Below are positions 13,900 to 30,614 of a DNA stretch of 64,000 bases, one piece after another. This DNA is from Eledone cirrhosa. Taxonomy: Eukaryota. The notes under the pieces were generated by a model, which was not told where the DNA came from, searched no databases, and was given only the letters and a program-made list of their open reading frames with translations. The stretch is taken from the NCBI GenBank assembly GCA_964016885.1, contig OZ024751.1, positions 32,984,001 through 33,048,000 on the forward strand, read 5' to 3'. Within the stretch, counting starts at the first letter, position 1, and each line of letters opens with the position of its first letter. The translations under genes were made by a program, and so were the position numbers.

Positions 13900-14350
13900 A
13901 CTTACGACTTACCTGCTGAGAATTACAGACCTATTGAGTGTTTAAACTTTCATGTAAACTGTCGACGGGAATACAGCTATAAACCAACAGTCTTATTGTC
14001 TTACAGATACAATGTTGTTCTCCTAGCAGTATAAGAAAACCCGATAGAGGCAATGGGTATAGTTGTTCTTGGCTTGACTATCTCATTAAGAACAAGAAAT
14101 ACAAGTGTTATAAAATGTATACATGGTAATATAAAATATCTTAAAAGTTAATGTAAGTACAGAAAACGGTTATACAAATATCGACCTCTGCCGCCTACAG
14201 ATTTCTCGTGAAATGAGCCGCAAGCTACAAGTTAACTGTAACCGGGGAAAAGAAGGAAATCTATAGAAACAGGTAGCTAGATCACATCTTAGAAACATAC
14301 ATCTTATAGATGACTGGATATATAATTCTTCTGAAGATCTTTCAATACAA
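13900..14350 (+). mobile_element. Highly degenerate non-LTR RT remnant (possibly R4/Dong-like)
   Basis: Collinear motif relics: ENYRPIECL (13918-13944), SWLDY (14067-14081) and HLIDD (14300-14314). Confidence 0.5.
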
Positions 14351-14960
14351 ACTCCTACCGTAGACATCGTTAAATCAATGATGCAGCGGGTAATGATTCC
14401 TGTTTCGATTTTATATAGTGCTAGCTCAAAAACATGTTACATGATCAAACAACTATATGACATTTTAATAGCATGACGTAAAGATGCAGTAACTCAGTAG
14501 GTATTTCATGAGTTTGTCATTTCAAATTGAACTGTTAGCTTCATTTTGTTATGTGAGCAAGATGGTTCATCTATTTTATTATATTTATTTACTGTACGTC
14601 CTCAGTCCATTTAGATGGTGGTTAAATCATTTGACGATGTCGTGAACTCGAACTGGACATGTAATTACTTGGCCAAGAGTTTATTTATTACACGTTACTC
14701 ATTTAATTTATGTGGTGCCTCAGCTCATCTCAATGTGGAGATAGGTCAATAATTTCTGAGAGAAATGTTAATCCCGTTGATCAACTGTTTGTGACTGTGT
14801 AGCACTTCATCCAATCACTGTGTGATGAACAATTTATTTGACTAAGCTCCCTTTAGCCAACGCTTGAAATTATCTTTAATCTAATTCTAAGATATGATAC
14901 AAAACCTGACTCTAAACCACAAGTGTGTTCCACGCGGAACATTTGTGATCTGGTAAAATT

Positions 14961-15047
14961 ATATAAACACATTTATGTCAGAATATATAAACACATTTAT
15001 GTCAGAATATATAAACACATTTATGTCAGAATATATAAACACATTTA
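14961..15047. repeat. 24-bp tandem repeat x3.5
   Basis: aatatataaacacatttatgtcag. Confidence 0.95.
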
Positions 15048-16218
15048 GGTCAAAGGTTTCAACGTGTATAGAAAAGTTATGTTACATAAATAATAAAGAA
15101 AACCTAGAAAATGTATCTCGCTATTTCTATCATTTAAGGAAAGATCAACAAAGTCGATAATTACTCCAACAATATTATAGGTATTTATTTTCCTGTCAGA
15201 ACATAAACAGATGATTATTAATTTTCTGATGACTTGGCCGTGTTGTATCCATGTTTACTTTTAAATATTAGATGATTTCTTATACGAACCGTTTTGATTA
15301 TTTATCATTGGTAAATATTAGCTAAAAATAATTCTGGTTGAGATAAACATTCTTCAAGTGCTACTAAGAAACTCTGATTCTCAAACCTTCTGTAAGACAC
15401 ATTAGCAAGCTTTCGATTCAGGGGCCAATTTCATCGGTTACATAGTTAGCAACGATCTTCTGTGCTGTATTCTGTGCAAAATAGCACAGAAGGGATGATT
15501 ATTTGTTCAAACAACAATATTTCGCAAGGAGCTTGATAAGAGAAACCGACTTAAGTTTCTAAATCTATCTCTCTGACCCATTTGCCAGTGTAAAGTCATT
15601 TTGGAAGGATTCAGTCGGCTGCTTTTCGCATTAACAGATTCTGTGTGAGATGATTACCCATCTTTATTTCTGTTTGGCGGGTTTAGTACTGTAAGATTCA
15701 TTTCTTTCTATTTTAGTTTGTTTATTCATGTTTTATATTCCTTTACGTTCAACGTATTTTCAGTCCTACTTGCTCAACAATAAAAAATAACCCGAAGAAG
15801 TTGTATCAAGGAGAGTTGAATATTTACACATGTCTTCACATTCATACGCAACCTTTTCCTCCCACCACTCACTTCAATTCGTCTCGTATTCTACTTAATG
15901 TTCACCCACTTCCATCTTTCTCTCTTCCAGTGTCTGTCTACCCCGTCTCTCCAGCTCTTTTGCCATATTACGAAAATACTTCACATATAACTTTATAGAC
16001 TGGGATAACTTTAGTGTGTGTGCTTGCGTATGTGTCATATATATCAATGCTATTTCTTTTTCATTCCCTTCTTTTACATGAAGAATTCCCCAAATATCTC
16101 TTTATCAATTAAATATCTCTCTCTGCATTATATATTGTCCTCTTCAACACCTCTCGGCACAGGCACTGCTTTCTCCTTCCAGTAGGTTTCAGGGACATTA
16201 GTTAACAAACAACAGACT

Positions 16219-16309
<91 letters not shown>

Positions 16310-16311
<2 letters not shown>

Positions 16312-16432
16312 CGATTGCACGTCGGAGATGAAACTCAGTGGTGGGAAAACTAAGAACCTCGTCCTCTCAAGAAAGCCCGTGCAGATGATCAGTATGTGAG
16401 TGGTGTTACACTGAAGCAGGTGGATTACCTCT
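16310..16432 (+). mobile_element. Degenerate RTE-like RT fragment
   Basis: EMKLSGGKTKNLVLSRKPVQ, then after a frameshift VSGVTLKQVDY, similar to the post-YADD region of RTE RTs. Confidence 0.55.
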
Positions 16433-16628
16433 CTGATTTGAGCTAACATGTGGTTACATGTCTAAAGTATGAATCACTTGACAAGTTTCGAAAAGCTCAG
16501 TTAGTCTTGCTTGAGGATCTGGCTGGATTAATGGGAGACGGTTGTTTCTGATAGAACTCTATGGATAACATGTCTGCCAACAATGCCGCCGTGTCCCACT
16601 CAGGGATAAGTATGCGAAGAAGTAGAAG

Positions 16629-16664
<36 letters not shown>

Positions 16665-16686
16665 TTTATTTTTATATATATATAAA

Positions 16687-16779
<93 letters not shown>

Positions 16780-16805
16780 TACTGTATACATTGCAAATAT
16801 ATCCA

Positions 16806-16845
<40 letters not shown>

Positions 16846-17860
16846 CATGTAAATACAAGCACACGCTTATTTATATTCAAATATATGCAGGATACAGATT
16901 ATATTTACATTTAGGGATAAGACGAATCCAACATTCTTACACGACTATAGCATTAAAACATCCTGTTTACTAAATGGCCAATGTCTTACAATATTTGGCA
17001 TTGAAAAGCAAGTATATCGGATTAACAGTGAATACCTTGAAATGCAGATATACACATTACAACCACTCTTTTCAGCGTAGAAGCAAAATAAATGCTACAT
17101 CGATATCTTAATACTTGTGTAGCTTGAAGGAGGAGTATATTGATAATAGAAGTATTTGTCAGACTGCAATGAAAATCGCTGCCTGTTATGTCAATAGTCG
17201 ATGAAATTGTCTTCCTCCTCACCTGATGGAAAAATTGCTTTTTTATGGTGTTTTCAGAGGAGGGGTTTGCAGTGCCGATGGCCTTGTTTGGAGCTCCTAC
17301 GAGACTGGCAATGGAAAAAAGTGAAAACTATGATTTATAAGTTGTTTTCAGACCGGAAATCTGCTCCGAATATTTTCAACAAACTGACCTTCACTTAGGC
17401 AAATAAAATCCAGATGGTGTCGTTATATCGTCGACAAATTATGTCAAGTACACCAGAATATGTATATATAAACAGTCATGACATCGTTTCCATTATTAAA
17501 TACAAGATACTCTTCTAAACAAGTTACACAGAACCTTCTTGCCTAGGATTTGTGTAGTGGAATAGAGTTTGTTGAAAGAGATATACTTTAGGGGGAACGG
17601 TTTCTACAGTCAACAAATTGCTGACTAATATATTATACTCTTTCCCTAATCAAGGAACGCTTATAATTTATTGAAGCGTTTCAATGAGGTTCATAAAACT
17701 GAAATAATAAACCAGAGTTAGTGATGAAATGCAGGCTTAATTATAAAGATCTGGTAAATTATCTAATCTAGCAACATACACGATACTACCGTACTCGGGC
17801 ACATGTTGGCTTCCCTTATGTATGTATATATTTTTATATTTGAAAATGTGGGAAGCCCAA

Positions 17861-17940
<80 letters not shown>

Positions 17941-18014
17941 TGTACGGTTCACTGTACATATGTTAGGAACTAACTTTGCCTAACGTTTCTTTCTGTCATT
18001 ATATACCGAGATGA

Positions 18015-18204
18015 GGCGGTGGATTGGCAGTTTCGGTAGAGGGTCGGACCCCATGCTTTGACGCATAGAGTTACGGTCCTTGCCATTCTGAGTTCAAATC
18101 CGCCGAGGTTAACTTTGTCTTTCATCCTTAAGGGGGCGATAAAATAAACTACCAGTAATACACTGGTCTAATTGCTGGCCTTGTTCCAAAAGTAGAAACA
18201 ATTA
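18015..18204 (+). mobile_element. SINE with 16-bp TSD
   Basis: TSD attatataccgagatg at 17998-18013 and 18201-18216. Confidence 0.92.
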
Positions 18205-18569
18205 TATACCGAGATGGCAGGATTTAATTTTGAAGGAGGTTGCCTGCTTTTTCTAATGACTTCTTTCTTGTCACATTACGGGGCCAAGTATTTGCTCACC
18301 AAGACGGAACTTGACTTCATTCTTACCGTTTAGTCAGAGTAGGAAGAGTAGTTGCTATGATATTTTCAGGGCATCCCAACCTGATGCAAGAAAAGAAGTA
18401 AGGCGCCCCCAACTGGAGATCTGGCTTGAGCACTTGTAACCTTGTTAACTAAGGGTCTGATGATTGTGTGAAAGCAGGTGATACCACCCAAATAGACCAC
18501 AGCTAGTTATGAACACAGAAATAACCAGGTGCCCTAAAGATTCTTCCAGTTTATTGCCCTGTATTTGAT

Positions 18570-18700
18570 CTGTATTTTACAACCCTAGCTGAATGAAAGA
18601 CAAATTTGACCTAGGCTGGATTCATACCCAGAGCTCCGGAACAAATAATACAAGGCATTTTGTTCTCCGCTCTAACGACTCAACCAGTTCGCCCGCCTAT
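18570..18700 (-). mobile_element. Old SINE fragment
   Basis: Diverged gaatgaaagacaaatttgacctaggctggattcatacccag. Confidence 0.5.
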
Positions 18701-19167
18701 TGCTACTGAACGGGTGTTAAAGGGGTATCTATATTACAAAAAAATGCCTGAGATTAAAGCACCCATATGTGAAAGAAGACACCCCTTTAAACGGGAACAA
18801 TGTTACTTAAGACTATGTAATCGGAACACACATTCAACATTTCCCTAAACCTTTCATTCTATCTTTCTCACTAACTTTTTATCTCTCCCTTACATGTCCC
18901 CAGATACATGCACACATATACAAACGCACACACATGCATATATGCATAGGGCTTTTTAAGCAACCATACCAATTACTAAGATGTACACACACGTTTATAC
19001 ACACACACACACATACACATACACACACACACATACACACACACATACACACATATATCTATATAGAGAGATATGCACACCCTCATATACATCATGCATT
19101 TATATATATATGCACACAGCCGTATATATATATATATATACTCATACACACATATACACCCACACAT

Positions 19168-19198
<31 letters not shown>

Positions 19199-19407
19199 CA
19201 TACTCATACATACACACACACACACATATATAGATATACATAGTTACACATAATACTCAGTCGTTAAAGCCCCCCTCTATACTTACACACTTGATTCGCA
19301 ACCTTGCTAGAATGCCTACCAGATATTTTTGTCTTTCCCTTTTTTCCCCTTTTGTTTGTTTATTTGTTTATATATAATGTTGGGGTTTTTTTTTTGTCTA
19401 CCTCGTA

Positions 19408-19612
19408 GGGGGCTCGGAGGTGATGTGAAGGGGGCTTGGGGGTGATGAGAAGGGGGCTCGTGTGTAAGGAGAAGGGTGTTCGGAGGTGAGGAGAAAGAGG
19501 GCTCGGGTGTGATGAGAAGGGTGTTTGGAGGTGAGGAGAAGGGTGTTCGGAGGGGAGAAGAAGGGTGTTCGGAGGGGAGAAGAAGGGTGTTCGGATGTGA
19601 TGAGAATGTGTT
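19408..19612. repeat. G-rich ~21-bp minisatellite
   Basis: gaagggtgttcggagg(g/t)gag variants. Confidence 0.85.
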
Positions 19613-19798
19613 TTATGTGGCCCTAGCTGTTTGCAGGAACAAACATGAAGGTGAGCAACAATTGTATTCTAGATATTTCAATTAAACTCTCAGATGAAAT
19701 GAAAATTTAGCAATTTTTTTTTTCATTTCCAGTGCAAGTATACATGTATACACACCTACATTTACACACATATATATATACATACATACACATGCTTC

Positions 19799-19901
<103 letters not shown>

Positions 19902-20522
19902 AGAGGTAGATAAATTGGTATGATTCTAGATAGATAGATAAATTTATAGGCGTGTATGTGTATGTATACGTAATTATGTATTTATGTGTGTATGTGTATG
20001 CGTGTATTATTTCGAATTGTACTTTCCTAGATAAAAGTTTAATTGATGTTAATGGAAATTCAGGTCTTGTGTTAACACGACAAACTGGAATGACAAAAAA
20101 TAGTACAAAGAAAAAATAACAAACAAAAAACAAAATTCCAATAAAATATAACAAAATACTAACAGTAAAAACAAACAAAATGTAATACATTATGATGCAT
20201 TTTACTGCATTTTATGTATCTATCTCCTATTCTCTGTCACTTGGTATCTCTGTATCGTCTGACGGCCTGACTTGTACGTCTGTCAGTATATAAGTTAGGC
20301 TATCTCTCTGTCAATCATGTAATCTTTGTCTTTGTCTCTTGGTATATCTGTCTGTCTCTGTCGTCTGCCGACCTGGCTCACGTTAGTGTTTGTCAATCTA
20401 TCTTTCTTTATATCTCTACGTCTCTCAGTATATCTGCCTATCCGTCTGTCAGTATAACTCTCTGTCTATCTATCTCTCTGACTCTCTCTTTCTCAGTATA
20501 TCTGCCTATCCCTCTGTCATTA

Positions 20523-20704
20523 TGGCAGTATCGGTAGAGAGTCGGACACCATGCTTTGAAGCATAGAGTTACGTCCCTTTATGATCTGAGTTCAAATCCC
20601 GCCGAGGTTAACTTTGCCTTTCATCCTTACGGGGTCGATAAAATAAAAGTACCAGTAATGTACTGGGTAATTGCTGGCCTTGTGCCTAAAATAGAAACAA
20701 TTAT
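20523..20704 (+). mobile_element. SINE
   Basis: Matches consensus. Confidence 0.9.
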
Positions 20705-20892
20705 AACTTTCTAACTGTCTCCCAGTCTCTGTCTGTCTGTCCTTCGTCTGTCTTTTTTTCTATTTGATTCAAGCAGAAAATTCACATTCCTCACACCAAT
20801 AAAGACATATACATAAATACATATCTGTAGATATATACAGGCATATATACTCACATATACACAATACATATTCACAGACAAATATATACTCC

Positions 20893-20981
<89 letters not shown>

Positions 20982-21365
20982 ATAAACAAAAGAGTTTCGT
21001 TTACATATATTTATTGATTATCGACCTAAACTCACTGAATCACCTATACTATACTATATATACATACATATATATATAAATATATATATACGTACTTATG
21101 TGAACCTATATATATATATTAATATATATATTAATATATATATAATAATATATATATTATATATATATATTATATATATATATATAATATATATATTATA
21201 TATATATATATACATATATATATCCACGTAAACAGACATATATAAATGTGTAGGCAGGCAAATATATACACCACACATACAGGAACCAACACATACAATA
21301 AGAGATACATAATAGGCAGACAACGGAAATTGACACAAATAGATGAAAATATATTGACTAGGATA

Positions 21366-21406
21366 TACACAAACATACATATGGTTTGGATGACACATAC
21401 ATACAT

Positions 21407-21437
<31 letters not shown>

Positions 21438-21472
21438 CAAACATACATATGGTTTGGATGACACATACATAC

Positions 21473-21521
<49 letters not shown>

Positions 21522-21597
21522 AACATACATATGGTTTGGATGACATATATATATATATATATACACACACACAAATATACATATGGTTTGGATGACA
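21366..21597. repeat. Compound repeat: 4 x aca(c)aaacatacatatggtttggatgaca separated by variable (TA)n
   Basis: Direct reading. Confidence 0.9.
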
Positions 21598-21872
21598 CTT
21601 TATACGTATATACACAAACACTTAGCTTCGTCTCTGTAGCACTCTCTCGCTCACTCAAGCATCTCTATACTTATACATATGCAGTTATACGTTGACACAG
21701 AAGCACACGCAATATTTTACTCCATCTGTTTGTTTGTCTATCTCTCTCTCTTCTCTCTTACACACACGCATTCATGTGTATAAATCTATATGAACGTACA
21801 TATATAAAGGCAACGCACACACACAAAACCATCTAGGTGAATACGTGCATTCAGATAAACACAACATTCAGG

Positions 21873-21947
<75 letters not shown>

Positions 21948-22033
21948 GGTTAACCGAAGCGGAAGGACGAGAACAACAACTAAGTTAGTTACGTAATACA
22001 TTAATAGACAAGGTACATATATATATATTTGTT

Positions 22034-22150
22034 ATAGAAATGATTTCTACAGGACAAGAATGTCACATTCCTTTGAAAGCAGCAGGAATGTATGTTCCTG
22101 ATGATTTCAAACGTAAGAAACAGTCCTTTTCCTGTAGAAATGTTTTCTAT
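22034..22150 (+). ncRNA. Slightly degenerate type-I hammerhead inside a fold-back insertion (GAAACAG...CTGTA family)
   Basis: gttc-CTGATGA(22098-22104)-tttc(aaac)gtaa-GAAA-CAG(tccttttc)CTG-TA-gaaat with a GUA triplet. 22034-22063 is an imperfect inverted copy of 22120-22150. Confidence 0.6.
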
Positions 22151-22454
22151 GTGCCGTATATATGTATCTATCAATATATACGTACATACACACAAACACA
22201 CATACATATATGCGTGTGTGTGTGTATTTCTATATACAAGAACGTATGAATTTATTTGCACGTATATATATATATATATATACCATCTGCATACAGACAT
22301 ATATATATATATATTTATTAAATATTTTAATAAATATTTATAAATTTTAATAAATTTTAATAAATATTTGCTCTACGGTTCTTATATATTTGATATATAT
22401 TTTCCTTATCGAGCCCTCTTTGGATTTTAGTCTTCAATTTTATTATTATTACTA

Positions 22455-23675
<1,221 letters not shown>

Positions 23676-23676
23676 A

Positions 23677-23877
23677 TAATCTGAGTTTTTCGAATATAAA
23701 AATAACATTTGATTCGTTTGCAATTATGCAAACAAGCCTCATTTTAAAGCCATGTCAGTAGAATGAACCCTTCATTCTTGCTCTTGTGTTCTACAAACAT
23801 GGCTCTAACAATGAGGGTTGTTTGCATTATTGCAAATGAATCGAATGTTGTTATTAATATTCGAAAAACTCCGATTA
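23677..23877. repeat. Diverged long inverted repeat (~87-bp arms) abutting a (TA)n tract
   Basis: 23677-23763 is an imperfect reverse complement of 23789-23877 (e.g. gagtttttcgaatat / atattcgaaaaactc). Confidence 0.8.
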
Positions 23878-24039
23878 CGTTTATTGTATTCAGCCATCGA
23901 GAGCGAAATTTAAAAAAAAATTATATATATATATATTCATTAGTTAAGCAAAACAAGACCACACATTTCACAAGGAAGACATTATTAAAATAATGTCAAC
24001 ATATTTTAGTTTGATGTAAGGAATGTAGAGAATAATAAT

Positions 24040-24223
24040 AATTGTTTCTACGTTACGCACAAGGCCAGCAATTATCCAGTGCATTACTGGTACTTTATTT
24101 TATCGACCTCGTAAGGATGGAAGGCAAAGTCAACCTCGGCGAGATTTGAACTCAGATCGTAAAGGGACGTAACTATGCTGGAAAGCATGGCGTCTGACCC
24201 TCTACCGATACTGCCAATCCACC
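24040..24223 (-). mobile_element. SINE with 15-bp TSD
   Basis: TSD gtagagaataataat at 24025-24039 and 24224-24238. Confidence 0.92.
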
Positions 24224-24238
24224 GTAGAGAATAATAAT

Positions 24239-24472
24239 TGCAATAATATTTGTGTTTTCATCAGATAAAACAGGAGGACATATCTGATGAAAACACAAAT
24301 ATTATTGCATGATGATATTTGTTTTGGAAATGCGCATAATAAAATACATGGAACTCCTTTAACCATCTTTTGTTCTTATATATTATGTATACTCCAGTCC
24401 CACAAACTGTAGAGTGCTTCTTATCCGATATCTGCATTGCTTTATTGTACTACAATAAAACTCACCTCCTAC

Positions 24473-24474
<2 letters not shown>
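24239..24474 (+). mobile_element. Second family-A copy (truncated fold-back, hammerhead core present, stem I 5' strand mostly lost)
   Basis: 24281-24474 is nearly identical to 30345-30536 and ends at the same base before (TA)n. CTGATGA at 24284-24290, GAAA-TGCGCA-TA at 24327-24338, short inverted arm at 24239-24267. Confidence 0.75.
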
Positions 24475-24534
<60 letters not shown>

Positions 24535-25049
24535 AGTATGTATATATATATATATATATATGTGTGAGTATGTATGTATGTAAGCATATATATATAAAAT
24601 AACATCGCTTTTAATTCTCTCTCTATATATATATATGTATAAAACAAGATTCTGAGAGCTGACCTTAGAGTTAGTATCAATATGTGTTTCTATACCAGGT
24701 CAGATTTGTGATGGGGTTTGGTTGGTGGAAGTTCCCAGCGGTTTTACTGGTTATGGGTGACTTCCATGGCAATTAGGTAAAGTAGTGGTAGAGTCTGTAC
24801 ATTATTATGATATAGAAACGACGCTATATAGCGGCTGCAGCTTTACGATGTCCGTCATTGACATACCAGTAATTTGTGCAGACTGGTGGGCGCTTTGTCG
24901 AGAGCGTTGGGTAATACTTTAGAATGCACACCAATATTATATGAGGAACAATATATTGTTTGGAACATGCCACAACATTTTACTGTGTATCTATCATTTC
25001 ATTTTGATATCGATCAACCAAACCCGTCTCGACTTCTTTAATGCCCGTC

Positions 25050-25370
25050 TATTATCAGGAAAATACTGCACTGAATTGGTGGAAATTTGGAAAAGTTTAG
25101 AAAGATGTCCAGATGGGGAATATATGAAGAATATGGATGGTGTCTGGATGGTGTTTATTAGAAGATGGATTAAGAAGCGGCTAAATGATGGCGGACATAT
25201 ACGGCTGTAGTAATGGTACAAAAATGAGTGGGTTGTTTGAGAACATCATTTGAAATAAGGGTCAGTGGTTACAGCTGAAGTGACGTTAAGAATGAGGGTG
25301 GATGGACACGGTTGGAGAACAAATTATAGAAAGATATATTAAACGTGAGAGAGGGAGAGGATTTGGATAC
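25050..25370 (+). mobile_element. Possible very old LINE C-terminal remnant
   Basis: IRRWIKKRLNDGGHIRL resembles the RRRRLRWxGHVxR motif; purine-rich; weak. Confidence 0.3.
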
Positions 25371-25974
25371 AAAACAATTCAGAAAAGCACGTGTACGTGC
25401 GTGTGCGTTAGCCATATATAAGAATATACCTGGAGTTACCTTTATTTCAATATATACAAACATGTAAGCAATATAGAAACCATGTAGCTGTTTAAAGTTA
25501 TCGATTTATAATCAGAAATTGTTTCAGAGATATCCATCCATACTTACAAAATCTTAGAAAAAAATCGACAACTGTAACTAATACATTCCAAATAATTGTT
25601 AAAAATGTAAGTAAAATATGATGTTTGTTAAGAAAGTTAATATATTTAACCATATATTTCATTTAAAACATTGAATAAAAAAATAATTCCCATTTTTTCA
25701 TATTAGTACATGAAAATAGTATATTTCAACGAAATATTGATTGTGTCAATCAAAAATGAAATCGAACATTATTCATTCATTTATTATTATTTGTTTTTTA
25801 CTAGATTTTGTCATTGGAGTGTGGTCATGTGTAGCCACTGTTTAACCCAAACATATATTTATTTCAAGTCTGAATCTTACTTTATCGATTGGATTTTGGT
25901 TGAAGTGTTATCTAACGTTACATAAACACATAGACAAACATACACATACACACACAAACACACACACATACACA

Positions 25975-26019
<45 letters not shown>

Positions 26020-26179
26020 ATGTGTGTGTTTATGTATATCCGTAAGGGGTTGATGGTGGAGAGAAAGGAATACTCATTACTGGCGTAGAGTTTAAACGTT
26101 CATTTTATTAAATAATGAGTCTTGTTAATCTGGAGTTTGGACCTGGAGTTTGGACTATTCATCACAGGGTCATAAATAA

Positions 26180-26271
<92 letters not shown>

Positions 26272-26290
26272 GCGTGCGTGCGTGCGTGAG

Positions 26291-26362
<72 letters not shown>

Positions 26363-26742
26363 GTACGTCAGTCGATTGCGATAAACAATAGTTTCGAAAC
26401 TCGGCCACCTTTGTCCGTCGCTATCGCTATTTTACCAGGTTCTAGAAGCTGTTATCTCCATTGATGCAATATTCTTACATTTAGTTAGTATTTGGGATCC
26501 ACAGATTTTAAAACTTCAAAATATTTAGGGCTTCGTAAAATTTAGAGAGCGATAGACAGAAAAACAGATAGTAATGTATATATATATATATATATATATT
26601 TTTATATATATATTTGTATACACACAGACAGAGAGAAAGATGGATAGACATATAGATAAATGAATAGATTGATTGTAATGTATATATATATACATATATA
26701 TAGATAGTTAGAAAGATAGTTAACTATATATATATCTATCTA

Positions 26743-26835
<93 letters not shown>

Positions 26836-26880
26836 GTATATATATGTATATATATATATATATGTATATATATGTATATG

Positions 26881-26950
<70 letters not shown>

Positions 26951-26971
26951 TAGATAGTTAGAAAGATAGTT

Positions 26972-27061
<90 letters not shown>

Positions 27062-27072
27062 ATATATATATG

Positions 27073-27167
<95 letters not shown>

Positions 27168-27860
27168 GTATATATATGTATATATATATATATATATAAT
27201 ATATAGATATATAGATAGATAGATAGATAGATATGTGTGAAACCCTATTATTTTTTATTTATTTCATATAAATCATTGTCAGTATTTTTGTTTGAGAACA
27301 TGATTTCTTCAGCATATCCTTATTCAATGTTTCACAAAATTTCTTTATTTTCTGTTTATAAATTGCAAATAGATTTTTACATCTTTTCATCGACCTTCAA
27401 ACGTCACTGGAACGTTTGGGGTTTTTTAAACAGATTTCTATTAATATGTGCATGAAATATATCTATGTTAATATGAATGTGTGCATGAATCTATGTGTGT
27501 ATATATGTATATATTGTATGTATGTATTAAATGTACACATATGTGTACATATATTACATACAAAAATATGCCTGTGTGTATATGCACACACATATAGATA
27601 CATACATACACACATAGATACATGCATATATATGCATATATATATACGCATATATATATACATAGACAGATAGTTATATATATGTGTGTATATATATATA
27701 TATATGTGTGTATGTGTGTGTATGTGTGTGTATGTGTGTGGGGGGTGGGGTGAGGGCGTGTGTGTGTGAAGGGTGAAAATGAGATTCTTACAAATTGATA
27801 TATATCAATAACACATATTGTGTATATTTTTGTTCACACACGCACTCACTCACAGAGAGA

Positions 27861-27896
<36 letters not shown>

Positions 27897-28028
27897 AGAA
27901 ATATATATATATCACAATTATATATATATAACACTAATATATGTATATGTAATATATATATATATGTGTGTGTGTGTATATTGCATATACATATACGCAT
28001 AAACCTAAATGTATATGTATGTATGCAC

Positions 28029-28097
<69 letters not shown>

Positions 28098-28144
28098 CAC
28101 ACACATATATATATAAATATATATATATATATAAATACACACAC

Positions 28145-28187
<43 letters not shown>

Positions 28188-28206
28188 CACACACATATAT
28201 ATATAA

Positions 28207-28269
<63 letters not shown>

Positions 28270-28291
28270 ATAGAGAGAGAGAGAGAAAGAT

Positions 28292-28332
<41 letters not shown>

Positions 28333-28729
28333 TATATATATATATATATAATCTACGTTTATTTATATATGTATATGTAATATATACATATAATACCTAA
28401 TTGTGTATATTTATATACATATATATGTGTGCGTGTGTATATAAAGAAATAAATCTATACATATATAATATATATATGCTGCCATACATATACGCAAATT
28501 GATATCAATATACCTGTATGTAGCTGTATGTGTATCTCCCTAAATCTACCTAAGTCTCAATATGTTTCTGTGTACACACGCCAAATGTAGTGTTTACCAC
28601 TATCATGGAACTATCATGGAACTTTCTTTGAGGCAAAAGATATTTCATTGAATATGCAATTCTTTTCTCACTCTGTCTGAAGATTAACATTGTTGCACGC
28701 ACATGCTCTTGTATGGTTCTAGACACATG

Positions 28730-28803
<74 letters not shown>

Positions 28804-28893
28804 ATATATATATAAATGTACATATATATATATATATATAAATATATATATGTATATATATATGTAAATATATATATATATATATAAATATAT

Positions 28894-28935
<42 letters not shown>

Positions 28936-29124
28936 GTATATATATATATATATATATGGATATATATGTATATATATATAAATATATATATGTAATTATA
29001 TATATATATAAATATATATATGTAATTATATATATATAAATATATATATGTAGTTATATATATATAAATATATATGTATATATATATAAATATATGTATA
29101 TATATATATATATAAATATATATG

Positions 29125-29160
<36 letters not shown>

Positions 29161-29161
<1 letters not shown>

Positions 29162-29293
29162 GCGTAGGTCCCGGGTTGAGTCGGGGATAACCACAGTAAG
29201 TAAGATACTCAATACAAGGCAGAGTAAAATTTTTTATGAAGATTTTATCTGAATGAAACAGTACTAGTCCTGTAGAAGCTCCTTCTATAAAAT

Positions 29294-29295
<2 letters not shown>
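29161..29295. mobile_element. Penelope-like terminal fragment in (TA)n: family-C tail (minus) joined to a degenerate hammerhead (plus)
   Basis: 29169-29225 matches 47922-47979. 29236-29280 reads atgaaga-tttt(atct)gaat-GAAA-CAG(tactagtc)CTG-TA-gaag. Confidence 0.55.
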
Positions 29296-29363
<68 letters not shown>

Positions 29364-29369
29364 TATATG

Positions 29370-29425
<56 letters not shown>

Positions 29426-29432
29426 TATATAT

Positions 29433-29479
<47 letters not shown>

Positions 29480-29521
29480 TATATATATATATACATAAAT
29501 ATATATATTAATATATATACA

Positions 29522-29634
<113 letters not shown>

Positions 29635-29991
29635 GAGAGAAACACCCAGATACATGCGGACACATACATATATATGAATATATTCACACATATCCCTGTG
29701 TTAGTGATTTCTTCTCTGTTTATAATGTAGTATATATATATACATATTTGTATATATATATATATATGCATATATACATATATGTACACATATTTATTTA
29801 TTTACCTATGTATTAATTTATATTTATTATATATAATTACACATACACACACATATATATATACATATATTATTTATTTACCTATATATATATTTATATA
29901 TATATATGCATATATATGTATATATATTTATTTATATATATATGTATATATATATATTCGTATATATATAAATATAAACTCTAAGCTGTTA

Positions 29992-30150
<159 letters not shown>

Positions 30151-30176
30151 AGATCAAAAGATGGTTAAAGGAGTTC

Positions 30177-30253
30177 CATGTATTTTATTATGCGCATTTC
30201 AAAAACAAACATCATCATGCAATAATATTTGTGTTTTCATCAGATAAAACAGG
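30177..30253 (-). ncRNA. Minimal type-I hammerhead ribozyme (family A, inverted left arm)
   Basis: Reverse-complement copy of the motif at 30338-30414 (tcatcag at 30237-30243, tttc at 30197-30200); core intact. Confidence 0.82.
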
Positions 30254-30337
30254 AGAACATGATATGAAGGCTAAAAAATAGTGGATAGTGCAGTTTTAAA
30301 TCAACACAAGTGTTTTTTAGCCTTCATATCATGTTCT

Positions 30338-30414
30338 CATGTTTTATCTGATGAAAACACAAATATTATTACATGATGATGTTTGTTTTTGAAATGCGCA
30401 TAATAAAATACATG
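30338..30414 (+). ncRNA. Minimal type-I hammerhead ribozyme (family A, right arm)
   Basis: catgttttat-CTGATGA(30348-30354)-aaacacaaatattatt(acat)gatgatgtttgttttt-GAAA(30391-30394)-TGCGCA-TA-ataaaatacatg. Stem I is ttttat/ataaaa plus catg/catg; stem II is long with G-U pairs; stem III is palindromic; predicted cut after 30402. Confidence 0.85.
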
Positions 30415-30534
30415 GAACTCCTTTAACCATCTTTTGATCTTATATTATGTATACTCCAGTCCTACAAACTGTAGAGTGCTTCTTATCCGATATCTGCATT
30501 GCTTTATTGTACTACAATAAAACTCACCTCCTAC

Positions 30535-30614
<80 letters not shown>

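Noticed and set aside
18450-18490. CTGATGA...GAAA hammerhead-like spacing
   Set aside because: No stem II or III pairing. The same applies to the CTGATGA hits at 6628 (minus), 10593, 15226 and 41019.
21366-21597. Repeat-spacer pattern resembling CRISPR
   Set aside because: The spacers are just variable (TA)n; no cas genes.
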